Source: Octopus sinensis
Lineage: Eukaryota
Assembly: GCF_006345805.1 (NCBI RefSeq)
Contig: NC_042997.1
Location: forward strand, 148,180,001 to 148,244,000
Length of the DNA: 64,000 bases
Reading direction: 5' to 3'
Shown here one piece after another: positions 34,762-47,689 of this stretch. The position numbers and the translations under genes are program-made. The first letter of the stretch is position 1; every line of letters starts with the position of its first letter. The notes below the pieces were generated by a model. That model saw only the letters and a list, made by a program, of their open reading frames with translations. It was not told the origin of the DNA and did not search any database.

Positions 34762-34764
<3 letters not shown>
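34178..34764 (+). mobile_element. 5'-truncated R4/Dong-clade (restriction-like endonuclease) non-LTR retrotransposon inserted in (TAA)n
   Basis: Open frame 34179-34667: HRHDRVG..IHWKLC...WYRHTPEKV..NEKATILW...TDREIKANRPDIVV...CFLIDVSIP..D.N...KEMEKLSKYKDL...IPIIVGALG...GTAHILRRTL*. Contains RHD and PD-(D/E)xK-type motifs. ~95-nt 3' UTR; (TAA)n on both sides. Confidence 0.88.

Positions 34765-34850
<86 letters not shown>
34765..34850. repeat. (AAT)n immediately followed by (TTA)n
   Basis: AAT repeat 34765-34815, then TTA repeat to 34850. A second (TAA)n run lies at 34149-34177. Confidence 0.92.
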
Positions 34851-36295
34851 GTTGTTGTTGTTTTTAGTAAATGTATAACTGTGAGTCAGTATAGACTTGA
34901 ATTTTCAGAAAAATCAATCAACCAGCTAACAAACACATTACAAATAAAATATATAGGTAATAAAGTAGGACAGTAAAAAATAATGAAGTTTTGTCTCAAA
35001 TGCAATATCTGTCATTGTTTCTGTTATCTACCTTCCTTACAGGAAGAATTCAATTGACAAAAGATAAAGCATGCATACATGCATATAACCCGGCATTCAC
35101 ATACACAGACACACTGAAACGTGCATTCAGGTACAGAAAAAACTAGATGTTTTTGTCGTGTGAAAGAGTATTGTTGGCCATAGATAGGGCTCAAGTAGAG
35201 ACAGAGAATTATGCAGACTTGTATACGTTGAAATGTGCATAAATGAATTTTGAATTAAAGCTAAACAGGTTAACTTCTTCTAAAATTAATTGTTCCTAAA
35301 ATATATAGGCAAATGTTGACAGAGGAGAGATTCAGTTTCTTTCTCTGATTAAAAAATCAAATTGAAGAGAAATCATATACACAGCTGCACAGATGTGTAA
35401 TATTACGCAAAAAGTCATATAGTGTAATGAAATATAAGGTATTGTAAAGTAATATAATAACGATAAACAGCAGAGCACAATGGAACATAAATTAATACAA
35501 ACGTAATACTGATAAAAGAGGTGATACAAAGTTCACACCGTAAGTACATATATAACTGTATGCCTTTGAGAATAAAACGTGAAAAAATTTGAGATTTGTA
35601 AATAGGTGATATATACAAATTTATGTATGTGTACAGGTACATTCTGAAAAGGCTTACACACATGAGACTGTATGCACATATATGTTGCGAATCAATCTGA
35701 TGCATTGCATTGAGATAATTTCTATAAAAATGGGTTTGTTTCCGGTTAAATGTGATTGATTGTGCATTGTTTCTCTGTTACTACATTTGTATATATGTTA
35801 TTTTTTAAACATTTTTTTCTTGGTGTGGGCATATATATTAACATCTATATAATTGTGCTACAATATTCGTTACATCGAAACAAAATACAAAACATACGCA
35901 CATAGACAAAATTACCAACACAGAGACACACAGAAACACACATATGTAGAGACGAACGAATAGATAAATATACGATAAGATATACAGCATTTACCTCAGT
36001 TATAAGGATAATTTCCTTTACTGTATGTATGATACTCTTTATAAAAAACATTAAAATGCATGTGAATGTCAATATGTGCGCGCGTCACGAACGGGTATGT
36101 CATTCCAATCGCGAGCGAGTGTGATGACGTGGTATATACGTGTATACTTAGATTCATTCTTAGATATATGCAAAATTTATTGTCTGAAGCTTTCAAGCTG
36201 CATGTGTATGTATGTATGGAGGATGGATAGATGGGTGGATATATATTCCTATAGATGAATGGATGATTTTATGCCTGTAGGTATATGAGAGCGAA

Positions 36296-36480
36296 TAGCT
36301 GAATGGCTGTGGTGTTGCCCAAAAGTTTTTCGAGATCGTGGATTGAATTCCTGGCCCTGTTCCTGCGTTGTGTTCTTGAGCAAAACACATCATCTCATAT
36401 TGCTTCATGATTATTTCCACACTTGACGTGATGTACCCTGTGCACCTCTACAAGCAACGTGGATTTGATGGAGAGGAAGT
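36296..36480 (+). mobile_element. Degenerate copy of the second SINE family
   Basis: tggctgtggtg...gaattcctgg...gttgtgttcttgagcaaaacac. Confidence 0.45.
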
Positions 36481-36629
36481 TACTGATGTAGAGTACAAAC
36501 GTTTAATCTGCATAAACAAATCATATGTGCATGTTGTTCAGCAAGGATCGAAGTACCTTTTTTTTTCGAAATACGAGAGACTACTCAAAATACCCTTATG
36601 CATATATCTACGTACGTATATGTGCATTA

Positions 36630-36630
<1 letters not shown>

Positions 36631-36698
<68 letters not shown>
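36631..36698. repeat. (ATT)n microsatellite
   Basis: Direct reading. Confidence 0.95.
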
Positions 36699-36699
<1 letters not shown>

Positions 36700-36770
36700 T
36701 ATAAACAAGAATGCTGTTGACATTTGCAAATCTATGGTAAATTCATGTTTATTAATTGCAGGACGGAATT

Positions 36771-36990
36771 TAATAATGGCTTTAGATTTTGGCGCAGAGT
36801 CGGCAATTTTAGAGCAGGAGTAAATCGATTATACCGACTCCAGTTCTCTCCTGGTACCTATTTTACCGGTTCTGAAGGGTTGAGAGGCAAAGTCAATCTC
36901 GATGGAATTTCAACCCAAAGCTTAAAAACCCACGAAATGCCACTAAGCATTTTCCCGTCTTACTGATGATTCTGCAAGGTCACCGCCTTA
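36771..36990 (-). mobile_element. tRNA-headed SINE (tail type B), diverged
   Basis: Reverse complement starts AAGGCGGTGACCTTGCAGAATC and ends ...GACTCTGCGCCAAAATCTAAAGCC. Confidence 0.65.
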
Positions 36991-37167
36991 ACACAGTACT
37001 TGATAACTAGATGAACCGCTATACATATTTACGTAATGAAACTGAGTATATATGAACGATTAGTTCTTGTGTTTCCCCTATGTGAAATAGTTAATTTGAA
37101 CCAAAGCATAAACAGGGATAAAAATAATCGTTCTTGATATATTAAAACATATAATTGATTTTATCTA

Positions 37168-37565
37168 TTTTACTCTTTTACTTGTTTCAGTCATTTGACT
37201 GCGGCCATTCTGGAGCACCGCCTTTAGTCGAGCAAATCGACCCCGGGACTTATTCTTTGTAAGCCCAGTACTTATTCTATCGGTCTTTTTTGCCGAACCG
37301 CTAGGTGACGGGGACGTAAACACACAAGCATCGGTTGTCAAGCAATGCTACGGGGACAAACACAGACACACAAACACACACACATATATATACATATATA
37401 CGACAGGCTTCTTTCAGTTTCTGTCTCCCAAATCCACTCACAAGGCATTGGTCGAACCGGGACTATAGCAGAAGACACTTGCCCAAGATGCCACGCAGTG
37501 GGACTGAACCCGGAACCATGTGGTTGGTTAGCAAGCTATTTACCACACAGCCACTCCTGCGCCTA
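37168..37565 (-). mobile_element. Full-length tRNA-headed SINE with a CORE-like segment and an internal microsatellite
   Basis: Reverse complement GGCGCAGGAGTGGCTGTGTGGT (box A), GGTTCAGTCCC (box B), GCATCTTGGGCAAGTGTCTT (CORE-like), internal (TG/TA)n, A-rich tail. Confidence 0.75.
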
Positions 37566-37918
37566 TATTTATTTTGTTTTATTTGTTTTGAGTATGTAAA
37601 ATGATTTTATTATTATTATTATTTAGACAAACACATCTTAGAAATTACAATTAAAAATATGATGAATACACACTCATATAACACCTGTTCGTCTGCTCTT
37701 TTCACATTTCACAAAATCAGTAAATTATGTACATGTAATTGTTAAATATTTAATAGTGCCATTTACCAGTACTGAATTATTGAGTGCCATCGTTAAATTG
37801 ACTCTTTGCCAATAGTTTAAGAGAAAATTTTAATATTATATTATTAATGAGTTATTTAGTATGTATTAATTAGATTACTCGAAGGAAAAATAAAACCTTT
37901 TTCATTCTGTTTGTTCAG

Positions 37919-37990
37919 TTTTATATTAAAATATATAATTTTAAGGAAATTGTCAATCACTGTAAAATTAGACAAGAAAAGAATTGAAAG
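37919..37990 (+). other. Candidate 72-nt exon of an unidentified gene
   Basis: Strong acceptor cctttttcattctgtttgttcAG and a consensus donor AAG|GTAAGT. One open frame (FILKYIILRKLSITVKLDKKRIE). No homology recognised. Confidence 0.25.
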
Positions 37991-38125
37991 GTAAGTAATT
38001 TGGTCATAGACACAATGCAAGTGACGATTTACTATGTAGAAGTCAATAGATTAGCGAGGTTCATTTGCATATTTACGACGAATATGTTTTCAATTGTTGG
38101 TGGTATATATATATATATATGTGTG

Positions 38126-38168
<43 letters not shown>

Positions 38169-38918
38169 ATAGACGTACTTAGAGTATACCACCAACAATT
38201 GAAAACTAAGAATTTCTTTCACCTCTGTGAGGTCGGTACTAAGTACCCAGCCATCCCAAGTCTCAGGTCTCTCTGTACACACAAACACACACACACAAGC
38301 ACACATACACACACAATGAATATGTATAAGCCAAGAAGTTGTATATCTCTGATATCATGAGTAAGCAGATTATTTCAATAGGATATTATTCCCTAATTTC
38401 TTATCCCAGTTAGCATTATGTGGGAATGAAGGGTCATGTGAAATCACTTGAGAGTGTGGGACGAAATGTTAACGATTTTTCTGTACAAGATATTGAAGCT
38501 CTTTGTTTAATATGGTTTATCATTTTATAAACAGAAATATAAACTAACATGCACGCACATTTACAGATGTTTTTTTTTTTCAGTCGATGTCCATTATTGG
38601 CAAATTCGTATCTAATTTTTGGCGATGCTGTTTACAGTACTTTGGATACTCAATATGCAACTTCTGTTGCAAAGAAGGTATGCGAATATCTGTCTCCTGG
38701 CTATCGATGCAATTTTAGGTACCTATTCCTATTCGTAATTCACTTTGTTTTATTAAGAACATGTTTCTCCGTTAATTCAATCACGATTCCATAAAGGAAC
38801 GGCGAAAACAGTTGGAAGACTAGCAAAGGAAATGTTAGCCTACTCACATCATACAAACTCTCGTTATTCACCTGTCAATCTGGCACATCTCTAGTGTTTC
38901 TATTCGTATAGTATAGCA

Positions 38919-39402
38919 CAGGGGTCGCCAAATTGCGGCCCGCGAGTCCATTTCATTGGGGCCGCCGCTGCACTGTACCTTTCGTGTGAGTACCTGCAAT
39001 GAGAGTTCATTTGCCTCTGGTATGGCATCAGTATTTGAAACAACTTATGGCTGTGTGCAAACATTTTCAATAATAATGTGAAGTCAGCACATCGAACGAG
39101 GTTGACCGATGAACATTTGAAAGTAATTCTCTTGGTTGGATGCAGCATTTCCAAAGCAAATATTGATGATATCTTAACAGCTAAGCACTAGTTTCACAAA
39201 TCTAATTATCCTTTTGTGCAGCTCAATTTATGAGATTCGGATACGTGCGCATTGAGTGTGATATGACTATCTTACTGCTGACGTCGCCTTTGATAACTTT
39301 TTGGTAAATAAATATGTTGTATTGAACCAATTGTTTATGGAGCCTGCGTTCGTCATTTTGTCAGTTATATGTCCCGCGGTGAAGAAAGTTTGATGACCCC
39401 TG
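38919..39402 (+). mobile_element. Non-autonomous hAT (Charlie/Buster-type) deletion derivative
   Basis: TIRs CAGGGGTCGCCAAA / TTTGATGACCCCTG. 8-bp TSD GTATAGCA (38911-38918) / ATATAGCA (39403-39410). Internal transposase C-terminal remnant ASVFETTYGCVQTFS..VKSAHRTRLTDEHL. Confidence 0.85.
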
Positions 39403-40076
39403 ATATAGCACAATGTGCACCACATTGTTATAATAATCTCATTTGACACACTTCATCACATTACGGCTACGCACTCATGTGCATGTAAAATACATGTACA
39501 TGTGTGTCTGTGGTATATTTGCCGTATGTTTAAGGGAGCGTATGTACACATATGTGTGAATTTGTATTCGTATGTGAGATAAACATCTATAAGCACAACG
39601 GGTAAATAGAAAAATGTTAAAATCACAGACACAGGCACATGTACAAACAACACAACTGTAAATATTAAAGACAAATAAGAAATTAGATTGTGAGCGATTA
39701 GAAACAGGTGACATGTTCATTAGCGATATGAACGCAGACCATGATAAAACGACTATGAAGAATCAACTGATTGTCTGATTGATTATATATTTGATAAATG
39801 ACAGAGTCCATTATTTAAAAGATAGCTATGTTTTAACAAAATCCCAATAAAACAATACTCCCCTTTTCATATGTGTGCGAACGTGTAGAAAGAGTGTATA
39901 AATCCGATCGAACTTACAAGACAATTACATCTCCTACATTTTTTAATAATGACATGCAAATTAATTTGTTCCTACGTAAAACAGTCATTGTAGAAGAAAA
40001 ATTCTACAAAATATATCAAGCGCAAGATACCTTTCATTTGTACATATATAAGCAGACACATACACGTAAACAACTA

Positions 40077-40110
<34 letters not shown>

Positions 40111-40112
<2 letters not shown>

Positions 40113-40397
40113 TCAGAACACACGTTATACTTACATATGTAAGTATAACGTGTGTTCTGTATATATATATTTGTACTTAAGTGCCCATTTGGTATATTCA
40201 ACTGATGAAGGCAGAGCTTATTTGAAGCAAAGCTAGAAATCCAGGATCTTCAATTATCCAGTAATATCTTTTTGGTAGTTTATTTTGTCTCTCTGTCTTG
40301 TCTCATGGTGCGATGTGAACATTTAAGATGGGCTTTGGAGTCAAGGTTTTGACTGCTATTTCGGCTTGGTGGTGTGTCTCAGATACCCTTATTTATA

Positions 40398-40398
<1 letters not shown>
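40111..40398 (+). mobile_element. ~290-bp insert in (TA)n with a perfect 46-bp palindrome and a degenerate hammerhead-like core (Penelope-like end?)
   Basis: Flanked by (TA)n on both sides. Palindrome at 40114-40159; CTGATGA at 40202 and GAAA at 40236. Confidence 0.4.
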
Positions 40399-40447
<49 letters not shown>

Positions 40448-40503
40448 GAGATATTGTTGAGATATGTATGTATATATATATATATATATATGTACATACT
40501 TAG

Positions 40504-40601
40504 CTTATGTGAATGCAGGAATATTATGTGTCCAATGGGGTGACCAGGACCTCCGAATTTCTGAGTTGATTGAGCTTGATAATCAGCGTGAATTTCTGCA
40601 G
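40504..40601 (+). other. Candidate exon of an unidentified gene
   Basis: Consensus donor CAG|GTAAGT at 40602; possible acceptors end at 40503 or 40518. Open frame YVNAGILCVQWGDQDLRISELIELDNQREFLQ, with normal complexity inside repeat-rich DNA. Confidence 0.35.
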
Positions 40602-40914
40602 GTAAGTTTATATATGCTTTAACGCATATGTATTTACATATTTATAAATATGTATATATGCATACTTATATCAGTAGAGAAGTTGCTTATTTCAAGTTTT
40701 GAATCACAAACAGTCACAGATATATAGGCAGCTCATGTTATAGCAATTCAGTGTTGAATAAAACATGTTTCTCTCTTGTAACTCTGAAGTTGCGATCTTA
40801 TCAATTATGAAAATCTTCTCAGTACGAATGTATGTAGATATTAAGTTATGTAATAGTCCGGAAGGCAGAAATATTAACATGAAATAAATAGGTATTAAGA
40901 GAGAGAAAAATACA

Positions 40915-42960
<2,046 letters not shown>

Positions 42961-44062
42961 ACGCATATGTGGTGAACTTAATATTACTTTCACTTTGTTT
43001 CTTTGTTATAAAATGTCTTTCCAATCGGCTCTTATGATATTTAATATCCTACTTGGTAGTATCCGTTTCTCTACATTACATTAATTCGTCTCTGTAGTAC
43101 TTCATATACACTTGTAACTATAGAAACACATTTATTACGCACATAAATGCTTGGCGTTTACTGGGTGCATCGACAGAAAATATTCATATATGTGCGCGCG
43201 TGTGTACGCGTGTTTGTGTGTGTTTTAGTAGCATTTCACATTGTGGTACTTGACAGTTTTTTTTGTTCTTACATAATCAATTAGCATATGCATATCAAAG
43301 TTCAATTTTAAATTTATAGTTAGATTTCTTATGTGAGTACTAATTTGTCAAACTTTACTAGTTTATTACATATTACGTTTCGAGTTCAACTTCTAATTTG
43401 AGTCTTAATTTATCTACCACTAATATTATAATAGGAAGTATAGTATGCATATGTAAATAAATGCGTTTATGTACATCAGTGTGAGTGTGTATGAATTTAT
43501 AAATGATAGAAATGTAGTAAAGCTTCCATTTGTCATGTACAATATCGTTAATCTTCTCTTCATTATCATTTCGAAAACCATATTTTCTCAATTCCTAAGA
43601 CTCTTACTCTGTTATTTTCTATTCATCAGCTCCTTTTCTTTTTCCTTCAGCTTTAAACAACAAGGCATTTGCATTTCATGGTTCCTTAGCAGCCTTAAAA
43701 TTCGTGGGTAATTGAGTGCATTTAGCCCTATAGTATGTATTTTTTTGTCAGCAAACCTCAACATACATAGATTAGAATTGTGTCCCTAGATCATTGAAGC
43801 AACTGACCTCCATAAAGGTACATACTATTTCAGGACTACCAATATAACTTGTGTTGATATTTGTGTATGTATTCAATAAAAGGAGGGATCCTGTATGTGT
43901 GTGTATGTAGTTAGGCATGCACGTAATATAGTGATAACTTCTGTTTCTCTAAATTCTTTGACTTAAATCACGAGGGATTATGTGTGTGCGCACGCGTTAA
44001 ATAGAATGAGACAACAAAGCCAAGAATGTGGAATTTTCAGGACATTTATAAATAGAAAGTTA

Positions 44063-44110
44063 GTCTTACAGCTGTTTCTGGGATATTAAGGGTATCCCTT
44101 CATCAGAGAC
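44063..44110 (-). ncRNA. Minimal type-I hammerhead ribozyme motif (Penelope-like-element type)
   Basis: Reverse complement GTCT-CTGATGA-A-GGGATA-CCCTTAA-TATCCC-A-GAAA-C-AGCT-G-TA-AGAC. Full core, 4-bp helix I, 6-bp helix II, palindromic helix III, GUA cleavage triplet. Confidence 0.7.
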
Positions 44111-44235
44111 GATGTGAGATGATTAAATAGATGGAAATATTAGAGTTCAATATGAGCAGTTATTTAGAAAAAGAAAGCACATAAGGAGTATGTAGGGAAA
44201 TAGGAGAATGATGTAGGAACAAAAATAAAAATTTG

Positions 44236-45029
44236 AGGCTAATGCAGTTTAGCATCTCTCCTTGAAAAATGCATTTTTTTGAAAACTGTTTTCCGATTCC
44301 TACGTTTTAGATGTTGGAGATTACGAATATCCAAAAAATTCTTAAATTTCATCCCACTCCCCCACAATTAAAATTGTTGATTTTGTTTACTTTGAAGAGA
44401 TCGTAGCGAATTGACGTATATATGCAAAACGAAATTAAATAAAGACAAAAACATTAAAGCGAAAAGAATTTGCGTTTTACTTGTGTTTGTCTTAAATGAT
44501 CGTAAATGATAATTTAATGCAAATTAAATATACACCATATATGAGAAACAAACATTAATGTTTAATAATTAACGTTATAAAGCTTAATAAGGGGATCAAA
44601 TTTCACTCCCTTTCCAATTATAAATTTTGAAATTTTTAATCCATTTATTTATGTATCTGCCTATCTAGTTATCCCCGTCCGTTTATTCATAAAATATATT
44701 TGTCAACTAAATGTGGCGGTCCTATAAAAGACGTTGTTATTGTTGTTTTTACCCCCAGGAAGACATTCATATCTATCTCTCTCTTTATACACGTATCCAT
44801 ATGCTTATTGAATTTAAAACTATGAAAACGTGGTTTGTTGCATATTCGGAATCTTTGTCATCTAAAAGATAGCGGAAAAAATTTGTAAAAGTTCAAAATT
44901 TTAATTGGTGGGGTTTAAGAAATTTTTTTTTGCATATTCGTAAGGTCCGACATCTAAAACGTAGGAATCCGAAAAAAGTTTTTCCAAAAAATGTATTTTT
45001 CAAGGAGAGGTGCGAAACTGCATTACCCC
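44236..45029. mobile_element. MITE / non-autonomous DNA transposon with ~140-bp TIRs
   Basis: taatgcagtttagcatctctccttgaaaaatgca...gattcctacgttttagatg (44240-44385) is the inverse of catctaaaacgtaggaatc...atttttcaaggagaggtgcgaaactgcatta (44885-45025). Exact ends and TSD not resolved. Confidence 0.75.
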
Positions 45030-46105
45030 ACCACCACCACCACCAATAAATAAAGATATTATAGTTGCAGTTCCATTATTCAAGAAGTGTAGAAGTGGTA
45101 GCAAAGCTTCCTGTTCGTGGTATGTAAATTCCAATTGGAGTTCATTTTTTGTCATCACAAATGGAAAGTATGGAGACGTAGATTCCATGTGCTGTTCATT
45201 CAAAGAAGTCTTGTAGTGTGAAGGAAAATTTGAGAATGCAGTGGTAGTATTAAGTGGATAGAGAGGGGAGAAGAGATGTGTATGTTAAAATGAAGAGATA
45301 GGTTAAACGAAAAGGTGAGAAGAGAAGAAAGAAAGTAAGGGAAAGAGAAAATGAAAAAAAAAAATTGTGTAATGGGAAAAAAAGTGAAGAAAGAGTGTTA
45401 GTTGGTGGTCAACATATTGTGAAGAGGGATGGGCGCGGAGTAGAATATTCTTCCCTTCTAATATGTGGTTTAGTACACATTTTAGAAAACCCCTACTAAT
45501 TCCTTCTAACATATCACTGCATCTCACACACTTCACACATATTCATTACTTACATTCTTATCTTATTCCACTCCTCCTCTATTCCTCTCCCATTCCCCTC
45601 CTAAATTCTTGACCACCAACTAACACGCTTTTTTCACTTTCTTACACTTTTTTCATTTTCTTTTCGTTTCCATATTCTCTTCATCTTTCTTTCCTTCTTC
45701 TTTTCTCACCTTTTCCTTTGACCTCTCACTTCATTTTAACATACACATCTCTTCTCCCCTCTCTATCCACTTAATACTATCACTACCTTCTCAAAATTTC
45801 GTTCACACCATAAAACCTCTTTGAATGACCAGCACATGGAATCTACGTCTCCACACTTTCCATTTGTGATGACAAAATATGAACTCAGATTGGAATTTGC
45901 ACGCCTCGGACAGAAAGCTTGGCTACCGCTTCTATACACCACTTTCCTTGAATAATGGAACTGCAACTGTAACATAGTTATACATTGTTCTTTTTATTTC
46001 TACATCATTCTCCTATTTCCCTGTATACTCCTTATTTGCTTACTCTTCCCAAATAACTCCTCATATTGAACTTTAATATTTCCCTCTATTTAATCATCCC
46101 ACATC

Positions 46106-46153
46106 GTCCCTGATGAAGGGATATCCTTAATATCTTAGAAACAGCTGTAAGAC
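46106..46153 (+). ncRNA. Second copy of the hammerhead motif (slightly degenerate)
   Basis: GTCC-CTGATGA-A-GGGATA-TCCTTAA-TATCTT-A-GAAA-C-AGCT-G-TA-AGAC. Helix II is kept through two G-U pairs; helix I has one mismatch. Confidence 0.55.
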
Positions 46154-46394
46154 TAACTTTCTATTTATAAATGTCCTGAAAATTCCACATTCTTGGCTTT
46201 GTTGTCACATTTTATTTAACGCGCGCGCACACACACACACACACATAATCACTCGTGATTTAAGTCAACGAATTTAGAGAAACACAAGACATCACTATAT
46301 TACGTACATGCCTAACTACATACACACACATACAGGATCCCTCCTTTTATTGAATACATGCACAAATATCAACACAAGTTATATTGGTAGTCCT

Positions 46395-46700
46395 GAAAAA
46401 GTATGTACCTTTATGGAAGTCAGTTGTCCTGCTGATATGAATATCTCTTTGAAAATCAAATAGAATGAGGATAACTATGAGCAACTGTTTCGAATCTTCC
46501 GGTTTCTATTTCCAAATTTTAAATTCACATCTCTATTAATAATAATTGGTGCCCTTGGTTTTGTGAGTAAATGCCGAATTGAAAATCTGTTTGAGGAAGG
46601 GATTTCAGAAAAAGATATCAGCCAACTAACTTGCACATTACAAATATAATCTGTAAGTGGAATAGTAGAAATATGCAAGACATTTCTGAAGTTCAAAATG
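46395..46700 (+). pseudogene. Degenerate C-terminus of a restriction-like-endonuclease non-LTR element (R4-related, second family)
   Basis: PEKVCTFMEVSCPADMNI...YEQLFR...FPNFKF..LIIIGALGFVSK...LQI*SVSGIVEICKTFLKF. Resembles the E.SCP.D.N / PIVIGALG / GTV.ICKTF pattern; contains internal stops. Confidence 0.6.
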
Positions 46701-47689
46701 TGTCAATATACCAAAGATAGATTTTTGTACCGGTGCATGTAAGAAACTGCTTTCTCAGAGAAAAGACTTAAATAATTAAAAACTAGAGAGAACATGAGCA
46801 CACACACACAAACACACACACATGTGTATGTGTGTGTGTTTGTCTGTGTCTTGTGTATATATGTGTTAGTCATAATTTTCGTGTGTATGTGTTTCAATTT
46901 GTAGGGTGAGATACTTTTACAAAAACACAAAAATATAGACATACAAATTTACAAGCACACTCATATACACATGCACATGACTATGTTTACATTTCGACTT
47001 AGATAAACGTATATATATTTTGCTTGATATACATTTTTTCCCGATGTTCAATATAATTATGTCCTCCTCTGCTATTTATTTATGTGTTATCTTAATATCA
47101 TTATATCTTTATATCATTTATATACATATATATATATATATATACATTAACTTCATTGGTATTTAGTTCATTTTTATACTTTTTCTACTTTGATTGCTTC
47201 AGTTATTTTGATAAGCATACTATTAGTTTATTTATTACATTATGAAATATTAGCATTCAAATTTAATTATTCATAAAGAGAAATATAAATATATATTCGT
47301 TTCGCATAACTTCTCGATTAATAATATATCATTTTCTCCAATCTATTTTGTATAATATATTCCGATGCAGGAACATCGGAATATATTCACGGTATGATCA
47401 GTAATAAATTCTAGGATATATTTACAGCATAAAGATTATCAATTAATCTGCAAATATAATCATAAGTTATAATAAAATTGTAATAATATCTAACAGATTA
47501 TTTGTACAGTTGCTCTTCTTTATCTATACCTAATATACATACGTATACATATGATGCACACCTAAGCACACACTCACGCACATGTACATGTACGTGTATA
47601 TGTGTGTGTGTATGTACATACAAAAGCGGGCATATTTCTCTATATATTACATACACGTCCATATATACATATGAAACATCATCTCATTC

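Larger units (their letters stand above)
43800..46426. repeat. ~2.6-kb diverged inverted repeat (left arm 43800-44235 + 45030-45450; right arm ~45570-46426)
   Basis: The arms are reverse complements (caactgacctccataaaggtacatac vs gtatgtacctttatggaagtcagttg; ttgtcatcacaaatggaaag vs ctttccatttgtgatgacaa). The left arm is split by a MITE. Confidence 0.85.

Noticed and set aside
46475-46696. Minus-strand ORF with a good splice acceptor (ccacttacAG), a possible terminal exon
   Set aside because: The + strand of the same bases encodes recognisable RLE retrotransposon C-terminal motifs, which is the simpler explanation.
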